This document shows, in pieces, positions 12,468-25,503 of a stretch of 64,000 bases of DNA. The notes beneath the pieces were generated by a model. That model had not been told where the DNA came from, made no database searches, and was given only the letters and a program-made list of their open reading frames with translations. The stretch covers positions 32,736,001-32,800,000 of the forward strand of contig NC_043014.1 in the NCBI RefSeq assembly GCF_006345805.1, written 5' to 3'. Position 1 is the stretch's first letter. Each line of letters starts with the position of its first letter. Source of the stretch: Octopus sinensis. Lineage: Eukaryota. The translations under genes were made by a program, and so were the position numbers.

Positions 12468-12810
12468 ACACTGCATCGACAACAGATTGCATTCCCAGAA
12501 TACAGAATGATACCCTTTAGTGAGCATATTGAGAAATGTGCAAAGCAACTACTACCACAATTTTTAATCTTTCCATTTTATCAATGTGCTAGTGGAACAC
12601 CAACACAAATTAGACTAAACAAGGAAACATTCTTCATTGAAAAATATAAGCCCAAACTTAACCACTCTAACATTCTTATACAGAGAAACTCACCCCATTA
12701 ATTAAAATGGGCAAGAAATATAAAGCGATTATCTCCCGGAAGAAATCACTTATTACCTCCCCTTACCTGGAACTCTTCTTTACACTTCATAACGAAGACA
12801 TAACATGATG

Positions 12811-12858
12811 TTTTGAGAAATTTGAAAAGTTAACACGAAACCGGTAATTTCTTCAAAA
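12811..12858 (+). ncRNA. Same U3:A8 minimal hammerhead motif in the inverted PLE arm
   Basis: ttttgagaaat ttgaaaa gt taac ac gaaa ccgg t a atttcttcaaaa; identical to 11262-11309 reverse complement. Confidence 0.75.
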
Positions 12859-13048
12859 ACCATGTCACTGTATGAAAAAATTTTATAACATTCTCTGACA
12901 TAATGACTTAAATATTTTTTTAACCTTTTAAAACAAGCCTTCTGTAGTTTTTTCACTTTTTACTATTTTCTACATATATATATATATATAGTTAATCCAA
13001 ACAAAAAAGCACAAAAAAAACACAACAACATGTATATATATATGATAC

Positions 13049-13083
<35 letters not shown>

Positions 13084-13126
13084 CATATATATATTATATA
13101 TTATATAATATATATAATATATATAT

Positions 13127-13160
<34 letters not shown>

Positions 13161-13344
13161 GATACATACATACATACATACATACATACATACATACATA
13201 CATACACACGTACATATATAGATACATATATACATACACACATACATACATACAGACAGATAGATAGATAGATAGATGCACACTGTGCATACAGTGAATA
13301 TCTATCTCTAGGAACTTTACATATATATATCAAACTCAACTTGT

Positions 13345-13740
13345 AAAGTATAGGTTACTTTCCAACCACATGGTTCTGGGTTCAGTCCCCCTGCATGGCA
13401 CTTTGGGCAAGTGTCTTCTACTATAGCCTTGGGCAGAGCAAAGCCTTGTGAGTGGATTTGGTAGATAGAAACTGAAGGAAGCTCATTGTGTGTGTGTGTG
13501 TGTGTTGTGTGTGTGTGTGTGTGTGACTGTTTTTGTGTCTGTGCTTGTCACCCTGTCATCGTTTGACAACCAGTGTTGGTATGTTTATGTTCTCATAACT
13601 TAGAAGTTCGACAAAGAGACCAATAGAATAAGTACTAGGTTTATAAAGAATAAATCCTGGAGTCGAATTGTTTGTCAAAAACACTTCAAAGCAGTGCTCC
13701 AGCATGGTCACAGACAACTAACTGAAACAAGTCAAAGAAC
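13345..13740 (+). mobile_element. Family A SINE (5' slightly eroded)
   Basis: ccaaccacatggttctgggttcagtccc...gagtggatttggtag...tail. Confidence 0.8.
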
Positions 13741-13978
13741 ACGTAAATTTGCACATTCTCCTGAAGCCCTATTTCAAAGCTGGTGAGGGTGATTCTGCTT
13801 TTCTTTAGTTCAATCTTCTTGTAAGTCAATGTGGGAAGGAACACTGGGTGGGGGTGGGGGGAGGTGTTTGGGGGTGGAGGAATGATTACTCTTTTCATTC
13901 TTTTACTTGTTTCAGTCATTTGACTGTGGCCATGCTGGAGCACTGCCTTTTAGTTGAGCAAATTGACCCTAGGACTTG

Positions 13979-14051
13979 TAGTATTAGTAGTAGTAGTAGT
14001 AGTTAGTAGTAGTAGTAGTAGTAGTAGCAGCAGCAGCAGTGGAAGTGGTAT

Positions 14052-14100
<49 letters not shown>

Positions 14101-14296
14101 TGTATCAGCAGTAGTAGTAGTAGTAGTAATAGTAGTTGTTGTTGTTGTAGTAGTAGTGGTGGTGGTGATGGTGGTAGTGGTGGTGTGGTGATGGTTGTGG
14201 TGGTGGTGATAGTTGTGTTGGTTGTGGTGGTTGTCATGATGGTAGCAGTGGTTGTCATGGTGGCAGCAGCAGCAGTATCAACAGCAGTATTAGTAT

Positions 14297-14343
<47 letters not shown>

Positions 14344-14345
14344 AC
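13979..14345. repeat. Compound trinucleotide array (GTA/GCA/GTT/GGT)
   Basis: Direct reading; source of the poly-S/L/T ORFs. Confidence 0.95.
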
Positions 14346-14700
14346 GATACATCAGTAAGTCAATAGTGATTGTAGTGTATTTGGAAGCAGCTCAAAATAT
14401 CTATTTGTATGTGAAGCTGTAGAATCATCTCAGAAATGTCGACAACATTTATATGAGTTTTATTTAAGCTTTGTAGAGAATCAGTTATCTCTACAAAAAA
14501 CAGGTGTGACTCTGTGTGAAGCTTATTCAATCACACTGAGCAAGTGCCTTCTACTTTAGCCTGAGGCCATCTGAAACCTTGTGAGTGAATTTGGCAGACA
14601 GAAACTGAAAGAGGCCCATTACGAGTTTTTGTTTTATGAGCGGTCTCCAGGAACAAATTAGATCATATATTGTTGCATTACTATATATATAATATATAAA

Positions 14701-14869
14701 GGTGGGGCTGTGTGGTAAGTAGGTTGCTTACGAACCACATGGTTCTGGGTTCAGTCCCACCGCGTGGCAACTTGGGCAAGTGTCTTCTACTATAGCCTCA
14801 GACCAACCAAAGCCTTGTGAGTGGATTTGGAAGACGGAAACTGAAAGAAGCCCATCGTATATATGTGTG

Positions 14870-14923
<54 letters not shown>

Positions 14924-15142
14924 TTTGTGTGTCTGTGTTTGTTCCCTCAACATCGCTTGACAACCGATCCTGATGTGTTTACGTCCCCGTAACTTAACGA
15001 TTCAGCAAAAGAGACCAATAGAATAAGTACTAGGCTTACAAATAATAAGTCCTGGGGTCGATTTGCTCGACTAAAGGTGGTGCTCCAGCATGGCCACAGT
15101 CAAATGATTGAAACGAGTAAAAGAGTAAAAAGAGTAAAGAGT
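14701..15142 (+). mobile_element. Family A SINE, full length
   Basis: ggggctgtgtggtaagtagg...cgactaaaggtggtgctcc...aaaagagtaaaaagagt. Confidence 0.85.
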
Positions 15143-16347
15143 ATATACACCTATAAAATTCATAATACTCATGAATAAATGCCAATAAAACAACAGTAGA
15201 ATGTAAAGTAGACAGATTGTCGAGACCATTTATAGTAAAAAATATCATTACTATAATCTTTTTCTGAAACACTTCAATCACACTAGACTCACACGCACCA
15301 TCTCACTTGTAGATCTGATTGCTGATTAACAAGCACTCATAGATGGACTTGTAGATTTCTTTTAAAAAAACAAGTCTAGAATTGTTTGCTTAGAAGAAGC
15401 TTTTTTTTACCCTCTATAAATTTCTCGATAACACGCAGAAGCTTTTGTTATGGTAGTAGAAACTTTGGCACTTCATTCAAAATTTGGATCTTGTGCTTGA
15501 AAAATGAAACTTGTAAACTCATGGGTTCATAAAGCATGTCTTTGTAAAGTGAGGTATACTGTATATATTCTTTTATTCTTTTACTTGTTTCAATAATTTG
15601 ACTGTGGCCATGCTGGATCCCCGCATTGACCCCAGGACTTATTTCTTAAACTTAGTACTTATTCTATCAGTCTCTTTTGCTGAACCACTAATTTGTGGGA
15701 ACATAAACAACCAGCACCAGTTGTCAAATGGTGATGGTGGGGATAAACATAGACAAAAAGACACACACATGGACCTATACACATTAACTAGTTGCTCAAC
15801 TTCCTAGAAATAACAGCCAAATCTTCCTTAAATCACACTGAATCGGCATAAAAAAGCAAAAGGACACACTATACTGGTGTGCTGAGATATTGGTGGAATG
15901 GTCACAGCTGGAATGTTTGTGATCATAGATCTGCAGGGTCAGAGATGATCTCTGGACCTAAACAAAAAGAGCAACAGATGCCATTAATGGAATTTCTGTA
16001 TAGTTATTCAAATTCCCTAGAAATAGCAGCCAAATTACCCTCAAGTCACATCCAGCTATCGTTAAAAAAATTTCACATCAGATAATATGATCCTTGATAT
16101 ATTATGTCTAAACAAAGATGTGTGGGTTGGTCAGCTGAAACATCTTTGATCATGGGATTGCTGCACTTCAGTTGACCTGGGGCTAACAACATGAGCAACA
16201 ACAAACATTTTTGCTAATTCTTCATGTTTTTTGTGTGTTTTTTTTTTTTGAAATATTTCTTTTTATTTCTCATTATTTTGTTTTAATCAAAGATTTTTTG
16301 TTTTGTTTTGTTTCATTTCTTATTTTTTCTTTCCTTGTCTTGATATT

Positions 16348-16637
16348 TTCTTCTTCTTCTTCTTCTTCTTCTTCTTCTTCTTCTTCTTCTTCTTCTTCTT
16401 CTCCTTCTCTCTTCTTCTTCTCTTTCTTCTTCTTCTTCTCTTTTCTTCTCTTTTTTTTTCTTCTTCTTCTTCTTGTCTTCTTCTTCTCTTCTGCTTCTTT
16501 TCTCCTTCTTTTCTTCTTTTCTTCTTCTCCTTCTTCTTCTTCTCCTCCTTCTCCTCTTCTTCTTTTTATCATCATCATCATCATCATCATCATCATTATT
16601 ATTATTATTATTATTATTATTGTTGTTGTTGTTGTTA
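16348..16637. repeat. Compound trinucleotide array (TTC)n-(ATC)n-(ATT)n-(GTT)n
   Basis: Direct reading. Confidence 0.95.
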
Positions 16638-16814
16638 TTCCTTATCATCTTCCACTTTGATTAGATCAATGATGTGATTTACCAAAGATTTATGAACTAA
16701 TCTTTTATTTCTTTTTTTATTTCATTCTATTTTATTTTATTACTTTTTACAAACAAGCGCCAATTGATCTTTTGCCAGTTCTTTTTAGAATGAAATTATT
16801 ACATACAAATATAT

Positions 16815-16863
<49 letters not shown>

Positions 16864-16887
16864 ATTATTATTATTTATGTATATGTA

Positions 16888-16923
<36 letters not shown>

Positions 16924-17326
16924 ATTATTTATGTATATGCATGCATGTGTGTGTGAGTGTGTGTGCATGCGTGTGTGTGTGAATAGACAGATGCACACAT
17001 ATATTGACATACATGCATGAATACATGCAAACATACATTTGCATATTCCAAAACATATATAAAAAAACACAGACAAATATGTGTGTGTGGGCATGTATGT
17101 ATGTGTTTGGGGAGGGTACACATGTGCATGTCTGTATATGCGCGTATGTGTGTATTGTGGTAGTTTGCATGAAATAATGAAAAAAACTGAAAACAAACAA
17201 AATTAAACATTAAAAACGAAATTTTAAAAAAAATATAATGAAAACAAGAAAATAGTTTTAAAATTAAAATGAAAGACAAAACCAAATTTACCCTGTAAAA
17301 AACAAGTAAAAATATATATATATATA

Positions 17327-17394
<68 letters not shown>

Positions 17395-18446
17395 TGTATA
17401 TATGTATGTATATATTATATTTATGTATGTGTACATTATAGATTATATATAATATATATATATACATATGTTTGTATATATATGTTTATGTGCGCGCATG
17501 TGTATATATATATATATATGTATGTATGTATGTATAAATGTATTATATGTAATGTGTGTATATATTTATGCATTATATATACATATATTTACACACATAT
17601 TAGCATTATATAATATATGCATACGTGTATATATATACATATATACATAATATACACACACAACACACACACACACACACACACCACACCACACATATAT
17701 ATATATATAAAAGATATTATATATGAGGCCCAGAGAGAGGAATAAGGAAAATAGTGAAAGAGAAAAATGAAAGTAGAAGAATGTTAGAGATAGAAGAAAG
17801 TAGCCTAGGCTTTTAATATAAAAGCTTCTAATTAAATTTGTAAATGTTCAATCAATTGTGTACACATGTCTTAGAGGAGTCTGTGTTTATCTTCTACAAA
17901 TGGAATATCAGGTTTCTATTTACATGTAGTATGAGTTTGAAACGAAATTACACAATAAATGAAATGTATGAGAATGGTAAATAATAAATTAATAAATAAG
18001 TAAATAGATGAATAAATAAATAATGAATAAGTGAAATGAAATGAAAGGGGAGGAGAGGAGGAGGGGAAAGGGTATAAGAATAAGAAAAATGATAAGTAAA
18101 ATGCATATTTGTATTATATATATATATATATATATAATATATATATATGTATATATATATGTAGATCTATTATATATATATGTGTGTATATATCTATATA
18201 TATATATATATATATATAGATATATACACACATATATATATAATAGATATACATATATATATACATACATATATATATATATAACCGATTAGCAAAATTG
18301 TGTGTGTGTATATGCATACATTTATATATATACATACATGTATACATATAGGTAAGCTGATGATAATCACACAGATACATGCACATATATATATATATAT
18401 ATATATACATATATAATAGATAGATAGATATACATATATACACATT

Positions 18447-18482
<36 letters not shown>

Positions 18483-19059
18483 TATATATGTATAGACATA
18501 TAGACACACACATATTGATACATACATACATATATATATATATTTACATATATACATGTATACATATATATATGCATATACAGATATACATATTAAGAGA
18601 ATCGGAGGGAGAGTAATAAGTAAAATAGTAACGAGTATATAAATTAATAAATGAATGAATATATAAATATATAAACTAATTAAATAAGTAAATTAATGAA
18701 AAATTTGTATATGTACACAGATGAAAAACATGACCGTCACTCCAACATAGCTACACACTCTCAGGCACACATAAATATGCTCACATGCACATATACACAC
18801 CCTTACTTGCAAACCAAAATTTTTATACGTCTCTACACAGACAGACACACACTCACATAAATATATACATATGTTTATATATATATGTATATATGTATGT
18901 ATATATATATATATATGTGTATATACATATATATTATATATATATATAATACATACAAACATATATATATATATACACACATATATACATACATTATTAA
19001 TATATATATACACATATATTGTATAATATTATATAGGTATATATATATACATATATAAT

Positions 19060-19098
<39 letters not shown>

Positions 19099-19725
19099 CA
19101 TGTGAAATATATAATATACATGAATATATATATATATGTATGTACATGTGTAAATATTTAAATAGGTCTTCATATGTTTATGTATGTGTATACATGTATA
19201 CGTGCATGCATGGATGTACACATCACAATAGCGTCAATTGCACAATGAAGAAATTTAATGAATATGATAATCCACATGCAATCACAGACATATCATTATC
19301 ATTTTCATTATCATCATCACCTTCATCATCATTAGCTTCCTCATCATCATTTTCATCATCATTATTTTCATCATCATTTTCATCATCATCATCATCATTT
19401 TATCATCATCATCATCATTTTCATCATCATCATCTGCTGATAGATAGTTGCTGCTCTTCAAGAAGAGTCAGAGAACCACATCCCACAAGCAAGTTTTGTT
19501 TTTGACTTGCATTTTAAAAAAGCTGAATGCCCTTCCTAATCCAGCCACTTTACAGAGTGTCTTGGGTGAAAACTTTCATGGCATCACTCCTCTGGAATCA
19601 ATTGATTAAACAACAAAACATGGACAGTTTGATTGGTACAAAGCAATGTAACTTCTGCACTGCTGAGAAATACCATACTTCTTTTATACTCTAGGCACAA
19701 GGCCTGAAATTAATATATATATATA

Positions 19726-20002
19726 TAATAAACACAATATATGTTTTTATGTGCTACTATTAGTTTCATGTGCTGAGAACATGCCAGACAGTATTTATTA
19801 ACACATCTGGTGTCCAAGCATAATCATCAGGCACTGCCAACTTAGCATAGTAAACTAAAAGTAGGCCATTTTTAGTTCGTTATGCCAAGTGGGCAATGCT
19901 TGATGATTGTGCTAGGACACCAGATATATCAATAAATACTGTCTGGCATGCTTTCAGCACATGAAACTAATAGTAGCACATAAAAACATATTGTGTTTAT
20001 TA
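19726..20002. mobile_element. Palindromic MITE-like element, ~125-bp inverted arms with ~30-bp spacer
   Basis: taataaacacaatat...cttagcatag mirrored by ttatgccaag...atattgtgtttatta; AT-rich flanks. Confidence 0.85.
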
Positions 20003-20087
20003 AATATTTATCTCTCACCAGATGGAATGCTTTTTTGTTGATCTTACCATCATTGAGCAGTACACTACACACACACACACACATACA

Positions 20088-20560
20088 TACAGGGTGTGAC
20101 AGTTTCTATAGGTCATTTCTATGAATTTAGAAAAAGATATATAGCTCATCAAAGTAAAGCTGAATTTTAAAATAAAATGGCACAAATAATCTTGAGATTC
20201 CTTTTATCCCATTTATTCAATGAATCTACTGCTACCATCAATGGCTGCTTCAAAATGGGGGTCAGAACCTTTGACATGCCTGAATCAGATGATCTTTATC
20301 AGGTTTGGACATACTACTGATGATAGTGGACTTGAAAGAGTACATGATGTTATGGGGGTGTTGATTGGCTTGTTTCTCAACTATGCCCCATACATTATAG
20401 TCTAGGGGATTGAGGTCTGGTGAGTTCATAGGTCATATGTCTGAGAGAACATGATCATGGAGATTAGCACACATCCATGCTTGTGTTGTCACAAAATTCT
20501 GTGATGGCACAGAGTCTTGTCGAAAGATGTGCAGTCTTCCATATATCTTCCACGTAGTTA
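20088..20560 (-). mobile_element. Tc1/mariner transposase 3' fragment with terminal repeat
   Basis: Minus: PMNSPDLNPLDYNVWGIVEKQANQHPHN; terminus tacagggtg. Confidence 0.8.
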
Positions 20561-21810
20561 ATTACTAAAATAACTATGAATGAGACACTGCCAGATAGAA
20601 GGGATGATATACTATTTCTAGACAGTTTCTGCCCATTTGACTATGGTGCTGATGTGATTGGTTGATTCATATTTCATAGTGGTGAGAAAGTGCAATTACT
20701 TTCTGTAAACCCTAATATATATCTAGCAATGTATCGTGGTGTCGCCCAGGTGTTATGACCTACATGCACATTGTATTATTTGCTCCTTTCTTGTGAGCAG
20801 AATTGGCACAGGTGATATACAGTTAATGGCATAATGGAAGATATTGTTTGTTTAAAAGTGAAAGGGGGAGGGTACAATTTGCATGGGTTTGCATGAAAGT
20901 GCTTCCTGTTCCTAAGAAGAATCACAAACTATGTATTCTTTCATCATATAAAAGAGGTTAATATGATTTTGCCCAGAAATCACATTTTCAAAATTTTAAT
21001 TTCTGCCTCTGTCCACACTGCAATTTCTTAATATGTAACTTCTTCGATTTTTTTTTTTTTTTGTTATCTATGTAGAAAAATACAGAGATTACGAATCTGG
21101 GAAATACATATATTTTTTATAGTTTAATTTTTTTTAAAGAAACACTCAATGCCCCTTCCCTTACCTTGCCCACCCATCACCTACTCATTTTCACTTTTGT
21201 TTGATGTTTTCCACATGTGTAGAATTCTACTGAAATAGCTAGCTTAAAAATACTGGACCACCACCAGAAAATCTGACGTGCTAGAAACAACAGGTAAATG
21301 ACATTATTTCTGAAGTAACTTCCCTGCTTTCCCAACAGCTAAAAGTGAGACATTGGAAGAGTGTAGCTTTTTGAAAGTGGTGAGGTGATGGATAAAATTC
21401 TTGAAGATTCATACTCTGTTTTTTTTCTCTATGGATTACCAAGAAAAAGTATTTGAAAAAAGTAAAAAATGAATTTGGTGTGGAGAGGGAGAAAATTAAA
21501 ATCTTGAGAATATGTTTTGTGAGTGAAATCCTAATATCCTTTATCACAAACAGAAGAATCAGAAGAAATTTAGGAAAAAAATATGGCAAGGGAATGGAAA
21601 TGCCACCTTGGACATGCTACAAAGAAGAGGTAAAGGACAGAATTTCTGGGAAAACTTTCTTTTAAGTTTATATATTGAGGATCAGGTTTTTAAATATGCT
21701 CGTCACAAACACAAATCACACAATAGAAAAAGATCATTTTAATTGGATTTGAGCTATAAATTTGCTCGTGCACACTGCAAGAAATAACATAATTTGCACA
21801 GAATTTTACC

Positions 21811-21859
<49 letters not shown>

Positions 21860-23386
21860 TGTGTGTGTGTGTGTGTGTTGTGTGTGTGTGTGTGTGTATG
21901 TGTGTGAAAGGAAGTTATTTTATGGTGTTCTTTCGTTTGAAGCAGCAAAGTTGTCAACTCAGCATATATGGAATCATATGACTGTTCGTTAATTTCCGTA
22001 AAATTCTTTTAATTTCTTTATGCTTTGAAGGGTGCAGAAATTGAAAGAGAGGATAAAGTGAAAAAGCGACATTCGCTTTGAAGTGAGAGGAGAAAGTAAA
22101 AGAGAGAAGAAAGCGAAAGATGTACGTGTATAAGAAATGGCCGTGTGTGTGAGAGAGAGAGAGAGAGAGAGAGTGAGTGAGTGAGTGAAGGTGTGTGTTG
22201 TGATGTATGAATTTTTATGCATGTATGTGTGTCATTCACTCGCTCTCTCTCTCACACACACACACTCTCTCTCTTACTCACACACACACATTATCTTTCA
22301 TATACATGTTCATATATAGGCGGAGGTAAAGAATACGTACAACACCCATTTTCAGAGTAACCCTAACCCTAAACACCATATTCTTTACTTTCACCCATAA
22401 ATACGTAGGCATACATCTTTTGTGTGCATGAGAGAAAGAGAGGTAGGGGGAGAAAAAGAAGGAGAGAGAAAGAGAGCGAGAGAAAAAAAGAGAGCAAGAA
22501 AAAGAGAGAGAGAAAGAGAGAAAGTGACTGTATTTCCTCATTGCATATAGAGAAATGAATATCTTTTAAGGCAATTTTTTTGATTGTGGCATTTTTAAAT
22601 ACAATATTTATGTGTACATTTTCATAAATGTTTATCCGAGTAGAATTCTATGCATGCGGGAAACATTGGACGAAAGTGAAACATTAGAAGTAAATTGAAA
22701 TATTGTCCGAAAATGACCTCAAAATTGTGCGACCCATGTAGTTACTAAGGTTATTTTAGTTGTAAAAAAGAATTGTTGAGTGAAAACAGAGTTTATTTGA
22801 TAGATAGATAATAAGCAGTGGCTATGTTTCGTTATAACTCTCAAAGTTGTCAACAAACAGTCATCCGGTTCAGCTGTTTTGGTCGTGAATGTCCGTAAAA
22901 CTTTTTAGTTATTTACTTTTGTTTTAAAGTGAGAGAAGTGAAAAATGTATGAACGTGTATATGAAATGGACGTGTGTGCTTGTGTGTGTGAGAGAGAGAG
23001 AGAGAAAGAGATAGTGAGTGCCACTTACACATACATGAGAACACACGTTCACTCACTTGCTCTCTCTCACACACACACACACATGTGTATGTACATACAA
23101 AAAAGGTGTATGCATATGTATTGATGTATGTACGTATACATGACAACACACCCCTTCAATCACTCTCTTTCTCTCTCTCTCTGTCCCTTCTTCTCTCTCT
23201 CTTGCTATCTTACGCCCTAAATAGATTTTAAAAAATTACGGAAATTAACGAACGCAGATGACAGCTCTGCAAGTCAAAACGAAAGATCGCCTTAGCAACT
23301 TTCTTTATTATAATACAGATGTGACGAATTCAGAGAAACATCACTTTCATTATTCTCACATCATCAGTCTCATAATCAAACAGATA

Positions 23387-23424
<38 letters not shown>

Positions 23425-23428
<4 letters not shown>

Positions 23429-23762
23429 AATTGCAGTGTGGAAGATGTTTATAAGCCATTTAAGAAACACACAAAAACAATTAAATTCACTTCAACATTT
23501 AAGTTTAAGTTGTCAAAATATTTCCTCACTTTGAGACCATGACCTGTTCACTGACAAAGCTTCGTGCTGCATCACATAAAATATATATATAAATATATAT
23601 ATATATATTACGTGATGCAGCACAGAATTTTGTAAGTGAACAAGTTGCTGTCTCAAAGCGATGAAAATATTTTGACAAATTAAACTTAAATGTTGAAGTG
23701 AATCTAACTGTTTTGTGTGTTTCTTAAATGGCTTATAAACACCTTCCACGCTGCAATTGTTT
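23425..23762. repeat. Diverged inverted pair (~150-bp arms 23425-23573 and 23614-23762) around a (TA) spacer
   Basis: aaacaattgcagtgtggaag...gctgcatc versus gatgcagcac...ctgcaattgttt; a third partial copy at ~61404-61480. Confidence 0.85.
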
Positions 23763-23817
23763 TCGTTCCAGCACACGATCTCAGATCAGGTCACTTGCTA
23801 TGCAAGTACATCTCTGT

Positions 23818-23921
<104 letters not shown>

Positions 23922-23974
23922 CGTTTATATATTTGTTTGCAAGATTTTTGATGTGAAATAGTGTGTTGAAACAG

Positions 23975-24511
23975 ATATTGTTGTATTTAGGAATGAACAT
24001 TTTGCCAGTTTAGCCAATAAAAACACACGCACTATATGTTTGGTGTTACTTTCTTCAGCATTATTTATAATAATAATAATAATAATAATAATAGTAATAA
24101 TAATAATAATTATAATAATGATAATGATAATAATAATAATAAGCGGATGTATACAAAAACAAATCACACGAACATATATAAACAGGAGATACAAATATTA
24201 CAGGCATTTCCCCACACACACACTCTAACTAAACATAGATGCACATAGAGATATACGCATGCGCAAATGAAGACACATACAATAGAAATACAAAATGGCT
24301 GACGGTTAGTAAGGAGAGACACAAATAAGAAAGAAGAAAGCAAAGAACCACTGATGCGGTCACAGGAGTGTGACGAAAGAACTCTGGCCAAAATAAGAAT
24401 AAGATTAATGTAAAAAATAAATAATGCTGAAGCAAAGTAACACCAAATATATAGTGCGTCTGTTTTTATTGGCTAAACTGGCAAAATGACCATTCCTAAA
24501 TACAACAATAT
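23975..24511 (+). mobile_element. Non-coding element with decayed hammerhead and an inverted partial copy of its 3' end placed upstream
   Basis: 23975-24066 is the reverse complement of 24419-24511; HHR-like motif at 24348-24387; (TA)n on the right. Confidence 0.6.
24348..24387 (+). ncRNA. Degenerate minimal hammerhead motif
   Basis: CCA-CUGAUGC-G-GUCAC-AGGAGU-GUGAC-GAAA-G-AA-C-U-C-UGG; A9 replaced by C, 3-bp stem I. Confidence 0.55.
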
Positions 24512-25010
24512 ATATATATATATACATAAATATATATAAACATATATATACACATATATATGTATACATATATATATATATATTTATATATATATATGTA
24601 TGTATGTATATGTATATATATATATCATCATCATCACCATCCTCATCATCATCAATATCATCATCATAAATGGCAGAGAAATATTTTGGCGAAAGTTTAT
24701 TTAGCAAGAAGAAAATCTTAATATCATGACAAATAGTTCCCTAACTCAAAAACATGCAAGTAATTTATATGTTCATATTTAATAATAATGTCTGCATTAC
24801 ATTATGGAGCTTTTTTCATGAGTACTATTGCATTACTTGAATCCATATAATGTGAGTTAAATCTATGTGTGTGTGTGTATGAGTGTGTGTGTGCATGTGT
24901 GTCTGTGCATATATATATATATACACGCATTCACACATATTGAAATATTAATATATACATATAACATATTCATGACATTTTACATATACAAAACATACAA
25001 GTCATAAATT

Positions 25011-25062
<52 letters not shown>

Positions 25063-25129
25063 GTATATGTATATGTATATATATATATATGTATATGTAT
25101 ATGTATGTATATGTATATGATTTCATATA

Positions 25130-25345
25130 CATGTAGAAGCATGACTCTTCTGATGATGCTTTCTGAAACTTTGAGGTCCTTTGCAATAGCTCTGATCGGC
25201 TTTCTGGGGTTTTTATTGATTTTGCATCTTCCGCTGAAGACTTTTGCAGTTAAAATGTTGGAAAAAAAAGAGAAAATCTCATGCATTCCTCCTACAAGGC
25301 AATCAGGATTTCAGTTCTGATGAGAATGCTCTTTAGTCATTATGC
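25130..25345 (-). mobile_element. Tc1/mariner transposase N-terminal (HTH) fragment
   Basis: INKNPRKPIRAIAKDLKVSESIIRRV resembles the Tc1/mariner DNA-binding helix-turn-helix. Confidence 0.6.
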
Positions 25346-25348
25346 ATG

Positions 25349-25349
<1 letters not shown>

Positions 25350-25447
<98 letters not shown>

Positions 25448-25472
25448 TTATGTATGTATGTATCTATCTATC

Positions 25473-25503
<31 letters not shown>

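Larger units (their letters stand above)
11106..12972 (-). mobile_element. 5'-truncated Penelope-like element with inverted 5' arm, flanked by (TA)n
   Basis: RT C-terminus, CxxC linker and GIY-YIG on minus; 12465-12972 is the reverse complement of 11146-11655. Confidence 0.92.

Noticed and set aside
15036-15281. Hydrophobic 81-aa minus-strand ORF as a membrane-protein exon
   Set aside because: Its C-terminal part is SINE tail sequence and no clear splice sites bound the unique part.
22358-22372. Telomeric repeat taaccctaaccctaa
   Set aside because: Only about two units inside a repeat; not an interstitial telomere array.
23318-23372. CUGAUGA-UGUGA...UCACA on the minus strand
   Set aside because: No GAAA or cleavage triplet follows the stem, so it is not a complete hammerhead.
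25148-25175. ctgatgatgctttctgaaac
   Set aside because: Lies inside mariner coding sequence on the opposite strand; stems I-III cannot be formed.
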